Assembly (NCBI GenBank): GCA_013239625.1
Contig: MU054391.1
Coordinates: forward strand, 4,049,824-4,113,823
Length of the DNA: 64,000 nt
Direction: 5' to 3'
DNA from: Lama guanicoe
Taxonomy: Eukaryota
Part shown: one piece after another, positions 23,616 to 37,052 of the stretch
Layout of the letters: the number at the start of each line of letters is the position of its first letter
Position numbering within the stretch: position 1 is the stretch's first letter
The notes under the pieces: generated by a model
The model's input: the letters and a program-made list of their open reading frames with translations, nothing else
Told to the model about the DNA's origin: nothing
Database searches by the model: none
Made by a program: the position numbers and the translations under genes

Positions 23616-23820
23616 AATAAGAATAGCGAGGATCCATAATCACTGACTTTTCACTAAGTGTCAGGTGCTAGCGCCTTTCAGGTGCGTTTACCCCACAGTC
23701 TCCTCATCACCGGGGTTGGTACAAATCATTATTTTATGCACAGAACTAAGGCACAGAGATGCCAACGTTGGCCAGGTGCTGGCAGGGCCATGATTGGTGC
23801 CAGGTAGCCGTGGCCCCTCC
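23616..23820 (-). mobile_element. MIR SINE
   Basis: ctaagtgtcaggtgct...ttttatgcacagaactaaggcacagaga. Confidence 0.7.
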
Positions 23821-24442
23821 ACCGTCATACCCAGTGCCACGGTCCTCCCTCTGGCTCTTCTCTCTGCTAGTCTAGGATCTCACTGAGGACTGGACCCTGG
23901 CATCTTTCATCTTCGGGTGCCCTTGTAGATGTCAAGGAGTAAAAGGGACCAAAAAGGATCAAAAGGGAGCAGCCCCCACACCATACCTAGAACTGTCATC
24001 TGAGCTTCCATGTCAAGTATCTGATGAACGCCACAGAGCCATCTGGCAAGGAGAGTTTTAACATCTTCATTTTTTAATAGTAAATAGTATTTGAGTTGGA
24101 CTCTACCGTAGGAAGACAACGTGTTAAAGCTCCTGTTCCTTACGCTTGCTCCTTGTGTTGATCTATTTCATGGGCTGCTCTCAGGGCTGGTTTCTTCAAG
24201 GGATGATGACTGTGGACTGAACTGTCTCCTCCATCTTCTCACCTGCTGTGATGCATTCACAGGCTGGGAGCCATGGTGAACTTCCTTTTATTTCAACAAT
24301 GCTTTCTTGCTTCTGAAACTTGTTTTCTCACCGCACCTGGTGAGATGATTATTATTATCCATGGTTTAGAAACAAGGAGTTGAGATAAAAGAGTTAAAAT
24401 GTTTATTAAAAACAGAGGAGGGCACACACTCGTGCTAGCCAC

Positions 24443-24760
24443 TGGAGGTCTCAAACTCATGGTCCTAACTTAGCCCAGAGACATGCTGTGCTTGGACCAC
24501 ATGAGACCTTCTTTTATAAATCTGTATTAATTAAAAATATCTAGAAATTATTTTACCTTTTAAAAGCCCAGGTTCCCAGTCTCTCTGACCAAATCTCAGG
24601 TGGTCCAGCAGCACTGAGCTTTCCTTTTCACACAGTCTGTGGAAACTGATTAATCCCTGACCAGTATATTTTAAGGTGAGCTCTTCCATGTACCAACCTC
24701 CACCACTGGCCTGTTTTACTGATATCTTTTGGGCCCCTGAAAGCCTTGACTTTGCCTAAT
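24443..24760. mobile_element. hAT-Charlie DNA transposon relic (MER102-like)
   Basis: ggtctcaaactcatgg...gcccagagacatg...ggcccctgaaagccttgactttg resemble MER102 ends and body. Confidence 0.65.
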
Positions 24761-24969
24761 AAAGTTTTAAAAAACATCATACCTGTCCATGGGACAGTCT
24801 GTTATACGAAAACAGCTGTCTCTAAGGGATGGTCACAGCACCTCTTTCAATCAGAATCTGTGTTTTTGTCTTTTGATCTCTGAATTCTGACATAGATTTC
24901 AAAGATCAAGCAGCTTATTATCGGGATCTAAGGATGGTTAAACATCAGAAGCTCCACCCATTATTAGGA

Positions 24970-25190
24970 AACCACACAATCATTTCCATAGATGCAGAAA
25001 AATAATGATAAAATTCAGCTTTCTTTTTTTCATGGTAAAGATCCTCAAGAGTTGTAATCAAAGTCTTAGCCATTGCAATATGAAAAGAAAAAAATGAGTT
25101 TTTAAGATTGAAGTAAGAAATAAAATTGCTCTTAAATGCGAACAAAATGTGTTCTACATAGAAAATTCAATATAATCTATAAGCTATTAG
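24970..25190 (+). mobile_element. Old L1 ORF2 fragment
   Basis: atcatttccatagatgcagaaaaa encodes IISIDAEK of the L1 RT. Confidence 0.75.
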
Positions 25191-25212
25191 TACTAATGAA
25201 AGACTTTATATA

Positions 25213-25808
25213 TTCAATTCATTTATTCAACAAATATCTATTCAGTGTGAGAGTGGCTATTCTAGGTATAGCAGATACGGCAGTGAGTAACACAGAAAGT
25301 CTTGCCCTTGTGGAGCTAGTCTTTTATTTAAAAATATATATTTATAATTTGTCTTATGAAGATAAGTGATTTAGAGAACTACAAAGCATAATAAATCAAT
25401 TCCTGTGTTTAAAAATATATACACCTATGGTGGTGAGGGAAAACCTCACGTCTGAGTAGAGCCCCGAAGGAAATAAGGGAGCCAGGGGATAGCTGGGGGA
25501 GACCATGCCAGGTTGGGAGGACAGTGGGTGTGGGTGGTCTGAGCGGTCAGCATTCCGGATGTGCTGATAGCAGCAAGGAAGGTAGTGAAGCAGGAGGAGC
25601 CAGTGGGAGTGTAACACCTGAAGAGGCTGAGGAAGTAACCTGAGGCCAGATCACAAAATGCGTTGCAGCTCCTGGAAAGATTTGGCTTTTACGCAGAGTG
25701 AGATGGGGGCAATGGAGGGTTTTGAGAAGAGTGGAATTTGTCTTACAGGATCACCCTATCTTCTTGGCTAAAAACAGAGGGTGGTCAGTGCAGAAGCAGG
25801 GGATCCAA
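25213..25808 (-). mobile_element. L2 LINE 3' region
   Basis: ttcatttattcaacaaatatctatt...cttgcccttgtggagct...ggccagatcac...ggagggttttgag. Confidence 0.88.
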
Positions 25809-25929
25809 AGCACATAAAATATTAGTCAAATCAGCTCTTTTAGATGTCTTATGTGAAATGGATTGTAAAATCATCAATAACCAGGACCTTTGAATCTCTT
25901 GGCCATTGCCAAAGCATCATATGTTTGTA

Positions 25930-26150
25930 ATATTTAATATTTTTTTTGGCTTACATGGTGACCAGAACTACTCGAAGGCTTTCATGTGCATTATTTTACT
26001 TAATCCTTACACTGATCCTAGAATAGAGATGATTAGTACCCTATGTTGCAGATGAGGAAACTGATGCCTAGAAAGAATGAATAAACTCCATGTCACAGCT
26101 AATAAGTGGGAGAACCAGGACTTGACCCATCTCAATTTGACTCTAAAGAG
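25930..26150 (-). mobile_element. MIR SINE
   Basis: cattattttacttaatccttacac...cagatgaggaaactgatgcctaga...gtcacagctaataagtgg. Confidence 0.92.
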
Positions 26151-26589
26151 ATATTTGAATTGATGATACTGCACCCTTCTTTCTGCCCAGTGTGAGACTC
26201 AGTTGTCGTCTGTTGAATGGCAATGACCCAGAACTGGTGGGCTTGGAAAGGCCAGTAGGAACAGTGCTTGTCCTGTTTCTCTCCTGCCCGGAGGGCTGAG
26301 CCCTGGAGTGGCCAGATGAGCACGGTCAAGTCTTCTTCCCCCGATTCCCAGAGCGAAGAACCCGATCCCATTCTGCTCTATTCTGCATGGTTACTGATAA
26401 CAGAAGGGGTCACAGTTTCCATGTTTCCTCTTCTGGGGAAGTTAATTCAATTCAGTTGAAACTAAGGTCACAGACAGTAATGACCTCAGAGAACTTCATT
26501 TCATCCCTCTCAATGTACAAATTGAAAGGAAAGGCCAGAGAAGTGAAGAGGCTTCCTTAGTATGAGCGACGTCCTTCATCACCGGAGCT

Positions 26590-26763
26590 CAGGGTTCTCC
26601 ATGCCATTTGCACAGTAGGATCACCCGGGGAAATGAGACAATTCTGCCATCTTGGCCTCAGAGCCAGACCCTCTGATTCAGTTGGTCAGGGTGGGGCTTG
26701 GCGTTGGCAGCTGCTGATTCTCCCCAGGTGTTTCTAATGAGAAGCCACGCTTGAGAACCTCTG
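26590..26763. mobile_element. MER5-like hAT MITE
   Basis: TIR-like ends cagggttctc / gagaacctctg; internal tgattcagttggtcagggtggggc and ccccaggtgtttctaatg. Confidence 0.85.
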
Positions 26764-27121
26764 CCTTTCTGGTCCCTTCTCCCGCACTCTCTGAGAGGTA
26801 GCTAATCTACAGATCCTTGGTGGAGCAGGCCCCGAAGCCGGGGCTGGGGCCATGGGACTTGTTTCGTGAACAGGAAAGGGACAAACACTGCTTGAGTAGT
26901 GTTTTCTCTCCAAAAACTTCCAGAGGTCCGTAGGAGATTCTGTTTTATACTTTCTCCACATACAAGCCTCCTGTTATACTAGTTTTTATTGAGTACATTT
27001 TTAAAGAAAATGATGAAGCATTGTTTTTAGCAGCTGCAAATGGGATGTGGTTGAGAGCCGTGGCAATTCAGAATGCTCAGGTTTGAGTTGAGTTCTATTT
27101 CAGAAATCTGTGGAAACCTAA

Positions 27122-27340
27122 GGCCGCATTATCAAGCTTTCGCTGTAAAGGGCAGAGAGTAAACATTTTAGTTATGTCTGCAGATCATAGTCTTTTGTAT
27201 CTCCTCAACTTAGCCTTTGCAACATGAAAACATCCATAGATAAAGACGTAAAAATGGGCATGGTGGTGCACCAAAAGAATGTTATTTAGAAAAACCCCCG
27301 AGGGCCTGAATTTGGCCCACCACCATAGTTTGTCAACCTT
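27122..27340. mobile_element. MER58A-like hAT MITE
   Basis: ctgtaaagggcagagagtaaacatttta...ttggcccaccaccatagtttgtcaacc. Confidence 0.85.
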
Positions 27341-28654
27341 TCAAGTGTCATTCTGAAATAAATACTGTTTGATAATGATCCAACTCTTACAAAAGCCAGA
27401 ATATAACTGAAATGTGTTTCTTAGATTATGGAGGGTTTCTGAAATTAAGAAAATTTCTCCAGTGTTGCTTGAATATTTTGCTCATATATCCAAAAGACTC
27501 CAAGAGAGAGATGAGCAGTGTTTATTTTAGCATCATTTTTTGCCCCTTTGCATCTTTTTAGCACATTGTACCTTCGGTGCAATTTAGAAATGTTTCCATT
27601 TCTTGTCTTCATATATATTTTTTTTAATTAGCAGAAGTAGGCTGCTAAACTCCAGAAGCAGTCAAATAACTACTTGGAAAATGGAAAGGCAGTGAATACT
27701 AGTCATTTCATGATTTCACTTTTATGTTTGCTTCACTACAGAACACACACACATAGAACTTTCAGTAGAGCTGCGTTATCTGAATCACAGTTTTCGGTTT
27801 CAGCCCAAACCACTGCCACTTATGAAAGCCTGGCCTTGCCTGATTTAGGTCTTCGAACAAACCTAGAAAAGTAGTTGCTAGACTGAAAAGAATTCTTGGT
27901 GTGTTCTGAGCATCGCTGTGAGTGGTTGGAAGGAAGGAAAAGTCCTTGTCCTTGCTAGTCCTTCTGGACGCCTACCTGAATTCAAATAGCATCTCCTGGC
28001 TACGCAGGGCTCTTTTAGAAATAGGATAAGGTGCTCTTGAGATCCTACCATGACTTCCCCCGCAACCCAGCAATGGATCAAAAAACTACTCACTCTTATA
28101 CTGATAAAGGGCTATCATCCGAAGGTAAGGGAGCAAAGGAAGCCAGTACTGTCCAGGTGGAGATGTCCGGAGCCTTTCCACATGAAATACAGTGCTCAAG
28201 GCACGAAAGGGATTGCTCCAAAACACAGACCCTGAATGTGAGGGTTTTCAGGGAGCCAGTCACTCACGCACTCTGCCCACGTCGGCTAACAGCAGATCAA
28301 AGACTGAGGCTGCAATGTGATCAGCTGGGATTTGTGCACAAAAAGTGAGGTAGGACCTTGCCTATCTGGAGCCCGGACCAGACTTCTGGATGGTTCTCCC
28401 TAGGGAAAGGGCAGATCTTTGCAGGAAATTCTCATCTTGTCCTTGTCTTCCTGTTGTCACTTCTGTTTATATTATGACAACTTTCATTTATATTTTCTCT
28501 TCTGCTTCTTTTAACAAGTAGAGGCTGAGAGATATTTATTCTTAGACAAAAGTTGTTTTTATAACTCAATCTTTTCTTCCATGTCCACTATTAATTGGTA
28601 GAAGTTTAATTAGATAAAGGGAAGGTATGATTTGATCCACAGAGTAACAAGTAA

Positions 28655-28895
28655 GCCATAGGATCTAGAATTATACAAAATTGGGTTTTAATCTAGTTTT
28701 TTCAGTTACTAAATTCATGACCTTGGGAAATTAATCTCACTCTTTGAGCCTTGGTTTCCTTACCCAAAATATGGGCATACCAGCACATAGCTCGTGAGAC
28801 TTCTGTGCAGCAGTCAAGCAGTGCGTGTAATGTGCTTAGACCCGGGCACACAGTGGGTGCTCAGCAAGTGGAGACGTGGTGATGGTGGTGATGAT
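28655..28895 (+). mobile_element. MIR SINE
   Basis: tgaccttgggaaattaatctcactctttgagccttggtttcctt...ggcacacagtgggtgctca. Confidence 0.85.
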
Positions 28896-30212
28896 AGTGT
28901 AGCTATGACAATGACCTCTCTAAAAGGTAGGGTCATCCTGTCTAGCATAAATGCACAGTGAGAAGAAAAGGATGGGTTGGCCAAGACACACAGTGATGTC
29001 TGAGTCTCTTTTTTATTGAATGATCTCAAATGTGCTTTAAGATGACTTTTCAGAATGACAGACACAAGCATGTTTAAAGTAGAGGACAACAAAAAACCCA
29101 CCCGACCACTAAATACAGGTGGTTCTGCTTGGCATACTCTTTCCCCTTTTAAAGTCATGGATCGTCAAGAATCAGTTGTCAAACCAATTTTCAAGTTCTT
29201 TGGTGGTAGGAGTAAGAGATTTGATTATTTACTGTTGCTTTAGTCCCAGGAACCCAATCAGCCAGCCATGAGCTCTTGGTTACAGCATTCCCATGACTTT
29301 GAAAGTCCTGTGATTGGTTCAGTCAATAACTCCAGAAAGACTAACTGTGGTGTGAAAACTGCACTTCCTGTGAACTGTACTTTGCCACATCTGCACATCA
29401 GTTTTGCTGAGTGCTAGAAGAGCAGCGTGGTGCTGAGAGGAAATGCTCTCTGCTTCACGGCAGTAGAAAGGGTTATATGATTAGTGGCATTTCCCAGCAG
29501 AAAATTTATTTATTTATTCTTTTCTTAAACATTGTTATTGAGATTCTGCTCCTTGCCTGCCACAGTGGAAGTCACGGGGAAAGGTCTGGGAAGTAGGTAG
29601 AAATACCATTTCATACACGTGAACTTGAGGAGCAGGGATAATGTAAGAAATGATGCATTGTTTCAGTACTTGGCTTTCGATACAGGGTAGGTCTTCTAGC
29701 GTTAGAAAGATTCCTCACTCTAGGAGTCTCTGATTTTCTACATGCTGTCGTCTACCCATCTTGGCACAAAACTGTCGGGGAGAAAAAAGAGGAGGAATAT
29801 TCTGAGGGTTAAAGGAAGAATGCCCAGGTAGGACCGTGATTGAGAAAACACCTTGTGGGACTCTCGATATTAGAAAGAGAACTGGCAGAGGGTGGGAAAC
29901 ACACAGCATAGCACTCCTTTTGTGTCATCTCCCTGGAACAAAAGCCCTTCTGGACAAAGGGTTATTTGCACAGCCACTGGTGAGGAGAGGGGTGGAGAAA
30001 AGACTGGAGTGTGTGTTGTGTGAGATTTCCCATCACCGAACTTCCAACCCAGATCATCAGGGTTCAACAGCATCAGTGAGATTATTGATTCGTGGAAGTG
30101 GGAAAAGTTTCCTCAATAGGCCAGGACAGGAAAAGGAGATTGTTACAGTAAGAGTAATTGTGGAGCCCACATCACATCAAATTCCACCAAAGAGAGTGAA
30201 TAAGAGTATTGA

Positions 30213-30337
30213 CAGTGTGTGTATGTGTGTGTGTAGGGGTGTGTATGTGTGTGTGGGGGGAGGAGTGTGGGGTGTGTATGTGAGAGTGTGTGTATGTGAG
30301 TGTGTGCATGGGGTGTGTGTGTGTGTGTGGTGTCTGT
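30213..30337. repeat. Degenerate (TG)n / GT-rich tract
   Basis: gtgtgtgtatgtgtgtgtgtaggggtgtgtatgtgtg... Confidence 0.92.
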
Positions 30338-31049
30338 GCCATTATGCTGTGGTCAAGCATTTTTTTTTCCTTTTTTTTAAATTATTAGCATTTTTAGCAA
30401 CATTTCACACTCTTGGTTTGTTTTTACATCCTCTAGCTATTTTTTTAACCGCTAGAATCTCTGCTTATGTGTTTCCCACAAACACATACTCACATATTTT
30501 CAAAGCCCCAAAATACTACTTTTCTCACCACCTTATATTTCTAAATTAAAGAAACAGAGCATTGTCAGCTCTCCTTACTTCAAATAATGCTCCATTAATT
30601 AGCACTGAAATGTTTCTTTCTCAGGCTTCCTGGTCATACCCTTGACATGTTTATATAAAAACTTATAATTAAGACATTCTATATGAAAGATACTATAGTG
30701 GTCATTAAGTTAAAGACCTTGAACAAAAATGATGAAGCTGAGGCTCCAACAATTTAAATAACTATTAATCACATAATTGGAATATGTGCTGTTCAATTAA
30801 ATGGATTTTTGTTGGTTTTTCTTTCAGTGTTAAGTATCTAGCAGAATGAGATGAGCACAGGGAGGCAAGCATATAGCATCAACTTTTTGTTTTCTTTTCT
30901 TTTTTAACTTTCACTTTAAAGTTTTAAATTTTAATTAAAAGATTAAGTCACAAAGCACTAAGTATTAGAAAGGTAGAGCATGTCTTCCACCCCACCATCA
31001 ATATCACTCCTTTGTGGTGCAGCTACAAACTTTGACTTCATTTATTTCC

Positions 31050-31435
31050 AGTAGAGTGACGTAGCTATATAACAAGAAAACTTAATATGCGAAAAGGCTC
31101 AAACTAAGATCGGAGTTTATTTCTTGCCCAGGTAAAGTATAAACCAGGTCTTCCTGTGTGGTGGAGGATCTTTTACAATCAGGGTTGCAGGGGTCCGGGT
31201 TTCCACCTTGGGGTTCCACCAGCTGCTATACATGGTTTCCAAGGTTGCACAGGGGGATTTTCTATTATGACAGCCAATAAAGGAGAAGGGTATGGAAGAC
31301 GGCAAATGTAGGTTTTTATTGGTCAAATTTGGAAATTATATCATAGTGTACAGCAACTCTACCATGCTTTTCTGGCTGGAACTCAGTAACACAGGCACAA
31401 CTGAACTGCAAGGGATCCGGGTAAATGTAGTCTGA
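31050..31435 (-). mobile_element. ERVL-MaLR LTR (old MLT1 type)
   Basis: gagtttatttcttg...tggctggaactcagtaacacaggcacaactgaactgcaagggatccgggtaaatgtagtc. Confidence 0.8.
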
Positions 31436-31829
31436 ATATGTATGTATGTGTATGTGTGTATATATGTATGGAAATAGAATCATAGTCTATGCATACTTTC
31501 CTGCAAACTTCTTTTATAATATGAGCTCACATAGGTCATTATTTTTGTTGGTTGCAGAATGTTCCAACAGAAAGAAGTTCTGTGTTTTATTTAACTAAAC
31601 TCTATGATCTTATCCATTTTTCAGAACACAGTAAAATCTTGCTTTGCTCTCTGTAATGGTATGTTTCAAATATTTGAAGTTTGTGGGTAATTATCATCCT
31701 AAGCATCACTTTTCATCAAAATTCAAAGCAACTTTTGCACGAAGCTCTTTCTAAAGGTATTACACAAGTAGATGCCTTCTTAGAGCTCATTACTAGATAG
31801 AGCTGATTGATTTTTCTTAGGACTGTGGC

Positions 31830-32195
31830 AGAGAGGGTGGGGCTTCCCAGACATTCAGTTGATTTCCGTATTTCTGGATCTCCTTGACCAGCTAGTTCTT
31901 GTCTCTAGGCCGTGGGTGTGAGCAGTGCATGCTAATTTTGAACCAAAAGATAAATCAAAAGACTGCATCAAACTCTGGGCTGTCCTGCCCGACATGGAGG
32001 CATCACATCGAAGTGGTGGGACCACTACATCAAAGCAGCAAGAACTGTTGAGTTACCACATGGAGGATAATCACCCTGGAGAACTGTCAAACTTAGAGCA
32101 GAATCGTCATGACTGAGGAATGCAAATCTTCGTTGCATTAACCTCCAAAGGGACAGGGGTTTTGACTGTAGCATAGTTTATCCTGACTAAATATT
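31830..32195 (+). mobile_element. ERVL-MaLR LTR (old MLT1 type)
   Basis: tgagttaccacatggagga...gactgtagcatagtttatcctgactaa, typical MLT1 3' end. Confidence 0.75.
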
Positions 32196-32601
32196 CATGC
32201 AGTAGTCTTTAAGATGTTAATTATATTACTTTACATTATTAACTCATGTTAGTTTACATTTCTGTGGGGCTCAGAGCTTACATAAGGCTTCCCTAATCAT
32301 TAGTTTATATAACTCGTACAACAATAAAGTTTATATATGTAAATATATATTTAACAATATAAGCCACTCTTGAGATATGTTCTTCTCATTTACGGAACGT
32401 TTATGAGCTAATAGCATTTTACTTTTTGAGTTTGTAGGCCTTCTTTTTATGAGTTGTTTGTGCCTGCCTTACACCTCCTACCCTAATGCTACTTTTCACA
32501 CTGTGTTTATGTGATGTCCATAGGCAATTTCTAACTCTAGTTTTATTTGTAAAAGGAAAGTAAATTGTCTCGGGATGAGAACCTCTCTTCTAAGTAAGCC
32601 G

Positions 32602-32692
32602 TTTCTTTTAATGGAGGCAGGTGCCGGGGATTGAACCCACGACCTCATGCTTGCTAAGCATGTGCTCTATCACTGAGCCATACTCTTCCCGC
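32602..32692 (-). mobile_element. tRNA-Ala-derived SINE (camelid vic-1 type) with TSD
   Basis: Reverse complement gggaagagtatggctcagtgatagagcacatgcttagcaagcatgaggtcgtgggttcaatccccggcacc...tccattaaaaga; TSD tctaagtaagc at 32589-32599 and 32693-32703. Confidence 0.92.
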
Positions 32693-34129
32693 TCTAAGTA
32701 AGCTATTTAACTAACACATAAAATGTGTGGTTTTTATTTTCCATCAGAAATAGCCTTTCAAGGGTACTTAAGGCCATTTTGTGTCTGCCTAGTTTTAAGA
32801 GTGGTTCTGTTGCGATCCTTGGCTTTTCTAGGTGTTACTTGACTTAATCTATGTTTCCTTTCCTTGCTTCCCATCTACACTTAACTCAGGCATGATGACC
32901 GTAGGGAAATTCAAGTTCCAGCAGGGAGGTGACTGAGCTGATACGGAGAGGCCCGGATCCTGGCCCCACCGGGTGACAACTGTGCAGCAGAAGGCAGGTT
33001 GTGGTCTGGAGTCCATGTTTTCCTTCAGTAAAACTATTTACTGATGTTAATGACCAACTAAGATTTTTCTGTATCCCAAATTATCTGGTTATAATTAATA
33101 TCAACAGTCTTTGGGGACCGAAAAGCTGCTCAAATCTTGTAATCAAGCAGCACAAAAATCCTAGTTAACATACCTTCAGTGAGGACAAGGAGCCGGTCCA
33201 CATGCCGTGCAATGTAACACAGCTCCTCGTTTACAGGATTCCCATTACTCCCGTGTTCAGGTCACGCGGGGTAAGTGATGAAACGGGTGGTTGAATCCAA
33301 CACTGTTTGATTCCAGAGCTTCCACCCTTAACTCTCAGACTCTATTCTAAGCAGTGGGAGTGGTAGCTTCACGGGCCCTCAGAGAATTAGTCAAACGAAT
33401 GACAGGCGCTGTGATTCCCCTCGGAAGCCGGGCTATTCTCCCTGCCCTGACTTGCAGCCTCTTTTGTGCAGACGTTGACGCTCTGTCCTTCCACGACTTC
33501 CCGAGTGCAGCGGGGACCACGGCGGCTGCCGGGCTGACCTACCATCCTCCCGAACTTTCAGTCAGTGAGGCAAGTGTGACCACACTGGGACTGAGAGCTT
33601 ATCATCCGCGACACTACATGTCATGTCCACTTAGGTTCTGCATGGACCCTGTATGTTTGCCCAAGGCCGGTGGGGTCTTGTGCCGGTGAGCCCAGGTGAA
33701 TGCCCTGCACAAAGGGGTCTGAGCACAGCCTTGAACCATCGATGGTGGGAAGTCCCCATGATATAAGGGGGTGTCCAGCAGACCTGCCTACCGGTACCCC
33801 TCAGGACACTTCAGCTTTAGTATCCTGGTGAGGAAGTCTGCCCTTTGCTCTGGAGGCAGACGCTGACTTCCAAGGCTGCTCTGTAAATGTGCCTGGAAGC
33901 AATCTGAGACACGCAGGGACGCCATGGAGAGCTGGTGGTTGATGCTCCCTCAGGGTGAAAACTGCCCAGAAGCAAAATATGCCCATCTACGTGTCCCTTC
34001 CTTGGACTGTCGTAGCATCCGCATTACTCCAGGGTCTCCCCTCAGCCGGGAACGATGGTGCAATGCAGAACGCGGAGCGTGGATGGGAAGCCCCCGCATG
34101 TTCCCCAGAAGGCTCCTTTTCTGGAGCAG

Positions 34130-34680
34130 CTGGTCTGAGTGTAAACTGGTTTACAATCCACTTGGAAAATATTTTGGTGATACGAACAAAGAGACAGAAG
34201 TGTATTGATACACAGTGAACATAAACTTCAGGTCTAGAAATCCATCCCAAAGGAATCATCTGAAACCACTGGGAAAAGTTCACATAGTTTACTTGTAATA
34301 GCAAAATGGTGATTACAATCTAAAGAATGGGAGAACAGTTAGATAAATTACAGTGCATTATTTGACAAAATGTCTTTTTATGTTAAATGATGGTTATGGA
34401 ATCCTTCTACTAAGAAGAAAACATATCCATGATGCAATGTTATGTGAAGTTAGGGTTAAAACTGTGTACAGAATATGAGTACAAATGTGGAAATACCCAA
34501 TCATAAGGGGAAAAAGCTCAAAGGACATTCGCTGAATACCGCTGTGGGCTTACTGAGTTAGACCAGTGAAATGAAGAATGAGAGTGTTTTTCTTTTTATT
34601 TTTCTCTTCACCATTCTCCAAACATTTTGGAAACATGGTTTGATTTTTAAAATGAAAAATATGTGTAAGGTTAAAAAGAA
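34130..34680 (+). mobile_element. Very old L1 (L1ME-like) 3' region
   Basis: gagtgtaaactggtttacaatccacttggaaaatattttgg...ctagaaatccatcccaaagga...tgtaatagcaaaa. Confidence 0.75.
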
Positions 34681-36561
34681 AAAAGCTACTGTAATGATGT
34701 ATTATTAATGCTGTCCATTAAACATTCATCTCTAGATATAATTTAGAAACAATAAAGCAGTTTTCTTCTTTTTAACATTAAGTCTTTTCACTTATTAAGT
34801 TTATTAATTAAAATCTTTTCATTTAAGATCATTTGTGTCCCAAGCATGAAAGGCATGTGGACCTTTGAAGGGAGGTCCTGGAACAGAGGTCATTGTTGAA
34901 GCAAGATGCTCTTCATGGGACAGGGTCAGCTTTCCTTGGATTCCAAACCACATGAGCCCTCCAGGGGTAAAATGCAGATATGACAGGTGACAAATATGAT
35001 CGTCCTTATACCTAAGTATTGGCTGCTGCTCACTTCTCTGGACCCAGCCATCATTAAGCACTTCCTACCTCCCCTTAATCCAAACTGGACCCACTGACAT
35101 TCTTTAAGGTCCTCGAATGTGCTAGACGCTCTTGGACTGCAGCCCTTCCCCCTGCAATCCCAGCTCTGCTTTCCCAGCTCTGCTTTCTCAGCTCACTGTC
35201 GCCAAGCTAACTCCTCCTTACGATTAAAATCACTTTCTCTCAGGAGAGCCTCTACGGGTGCCCCCGCTGTGTCCAACCGAGCCCTGATCTCAGCACTTCT
35301 CACCCGCTGTGGGCTAACCAGTGCTCCTTCTGTGGGCTAGGAGACTGTAATTGGGACCGACCTTGAAAATGCCCAACATTTGATTCCAAGAGGTAACAAT
35401 TAGCACCCACATCTCATCTCAAATTGATGAGAACAGGGAAGGCAGGTGAGGATCTGGCTCCCATTATTTCATTTCTTCATAAAAGCAGAGTTTATTTCAT
35501 AAGCACATTTTGTGCTAAGAAGAGACTGGATCTCGGATATTGTGATGTGAAGAACTACACGTCGAGCTGGTTCTATGAAGTCCCCTAAAGCATGAACACA
35601 GGGCCCTCACGCTGCCATTTTCACAGGCAAGGTAACAGTGTCCATCAAAGGAGCATCTGGTGGTTCTCATATGACTTGAGTTAGACTGCTGCTTTCCTTA
35701 CGTGAGACATAAAATTACCAACGATACACTTGCTTTCCTTTCTGTTTAAATCACTTTACTGTAAAGTGTTTCGATTTCTTGTCTGTGATAGTGTCCCGCA
35801 GTACTCAGATAAACTTTCTGTCTCATGTTGTTTTTTTCCTTGAAAATTTACTTCTCACAATAGCAAGTGCTCGATTATCTCAACTTCAATCTGAGGTGAT
35901 CAGGCTTTTGGTAAATTTGTAAAGTGTTATCCCAAACTAGCATAAAAGCACCCTGAAGTTACAACTCTGAGTGAGAGCTCTGACTGAGAGAATAACAGCG
36001 TTCCAGGATTCTTCCCGCATTTGTGGCTCCCTGCCTAGGCGCGGGGAGGGAGGAGACGCTGGCCTCTTATACAAGCATCATCGCATCACATTTTCCAGGT
36101 AAACTGGATTGAACGATGTGTAAAGTAGATCTGCTGTTATAGAATTAGGTGAAATCATTGACACACGGAGCATTTTAAACATATTTTAGACAAATTCTAT
36201 TATATGGACAAGGTGTTTTAGAGTTTTTCTGAAGTCTTTCTCCAGACTAAAATATCTGCAGAGACATCTTGATTAGAAAAAAAGGAAGATGCTTAAAAAA
36301 TTTTTATGATGAGGATTGTGAAACAAAATCTCTTCTTATTTTCTTATTTTAAATAACCATTTAATAATAATAATTAATCAATAATATCCATGACCACGGG
36401 CTTCTAATCCTTGGAATTTGCGAAGAAACCAGTTGGGAAAAGGTTTTCAGGTCTTATAATTTTATCCAACTGACAGGTTCACCTGCTGCATAAGGTCTCT
36501 AGATTCTACAACCCTAAACTAAAGATGCATAGTTTTGCTTTTGAAGACATTTTCTTGAATA

Positions 36562-37052
36562 GATTGACTGAAAACAAGTGAACAAACAAACAAACAACAA
36601 ACAAAACACACAACATGAGAGCTGTGAATTCAGTTTTCTTTGGGGACTTTCTGGGGACTGTAGCCTGGGAGACACCCTCTCAGACGGTTCCCAGGAGCTG
36701 CCCTGAGGAGGTGGAGGGGAGGTCAGCACGTGCATGGTTTTGGGGAAGAGGGTGCATGCAGTCATGCGCACATCTCGGTAGAAGGTTGCTGCTAGTCACC
36801 AGGAGTGGTCTCCGGGGATGGCGTTAGTGCTTTCTGAGACATGAGAAGATGTGAGAATTTGGGTTTATCGAATTTTCTCATGAAAATGTCTAACTATCTG
36901 AAGTTCTGCCCGTCTTCCCCAGGGCACGGAGTGTCTCATTTCTGATCTCCAGTTGAAACGCCTTTCAGGGTGTGTTGGAGCTCAGTTGACTGCAGGGGCG
37001 TGTGACTCCATCCTTGTGGGGCCAGAAGGCGAGAGACAGTCTTCAGCTGGCA
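36562..37052 (-). mobile_element. ERV1-type solo LTR (491 bp) with 4-bp TSD
   Basis: Resembles cetartiodactyl ERV1 LTRs (ttgactgaaaa...ggactgtagcctgggagacaccctctcaga); AATA on both sides (36558-36561, 37053-37056). Confidence 0.8.

Noticed and set aside
22997..23617. 206-aa ORF in the CpG island
   Set aside because: GTG start, Ser/Pro-rich, reads through a strong splice donor; typical GC-rich chance ORF
29836..30549. 237-aa ORF, the longest in the track
   Set aside because: Non-ATG start; kept open by a TG microsatellite and T-rich DNA; no homology recognised
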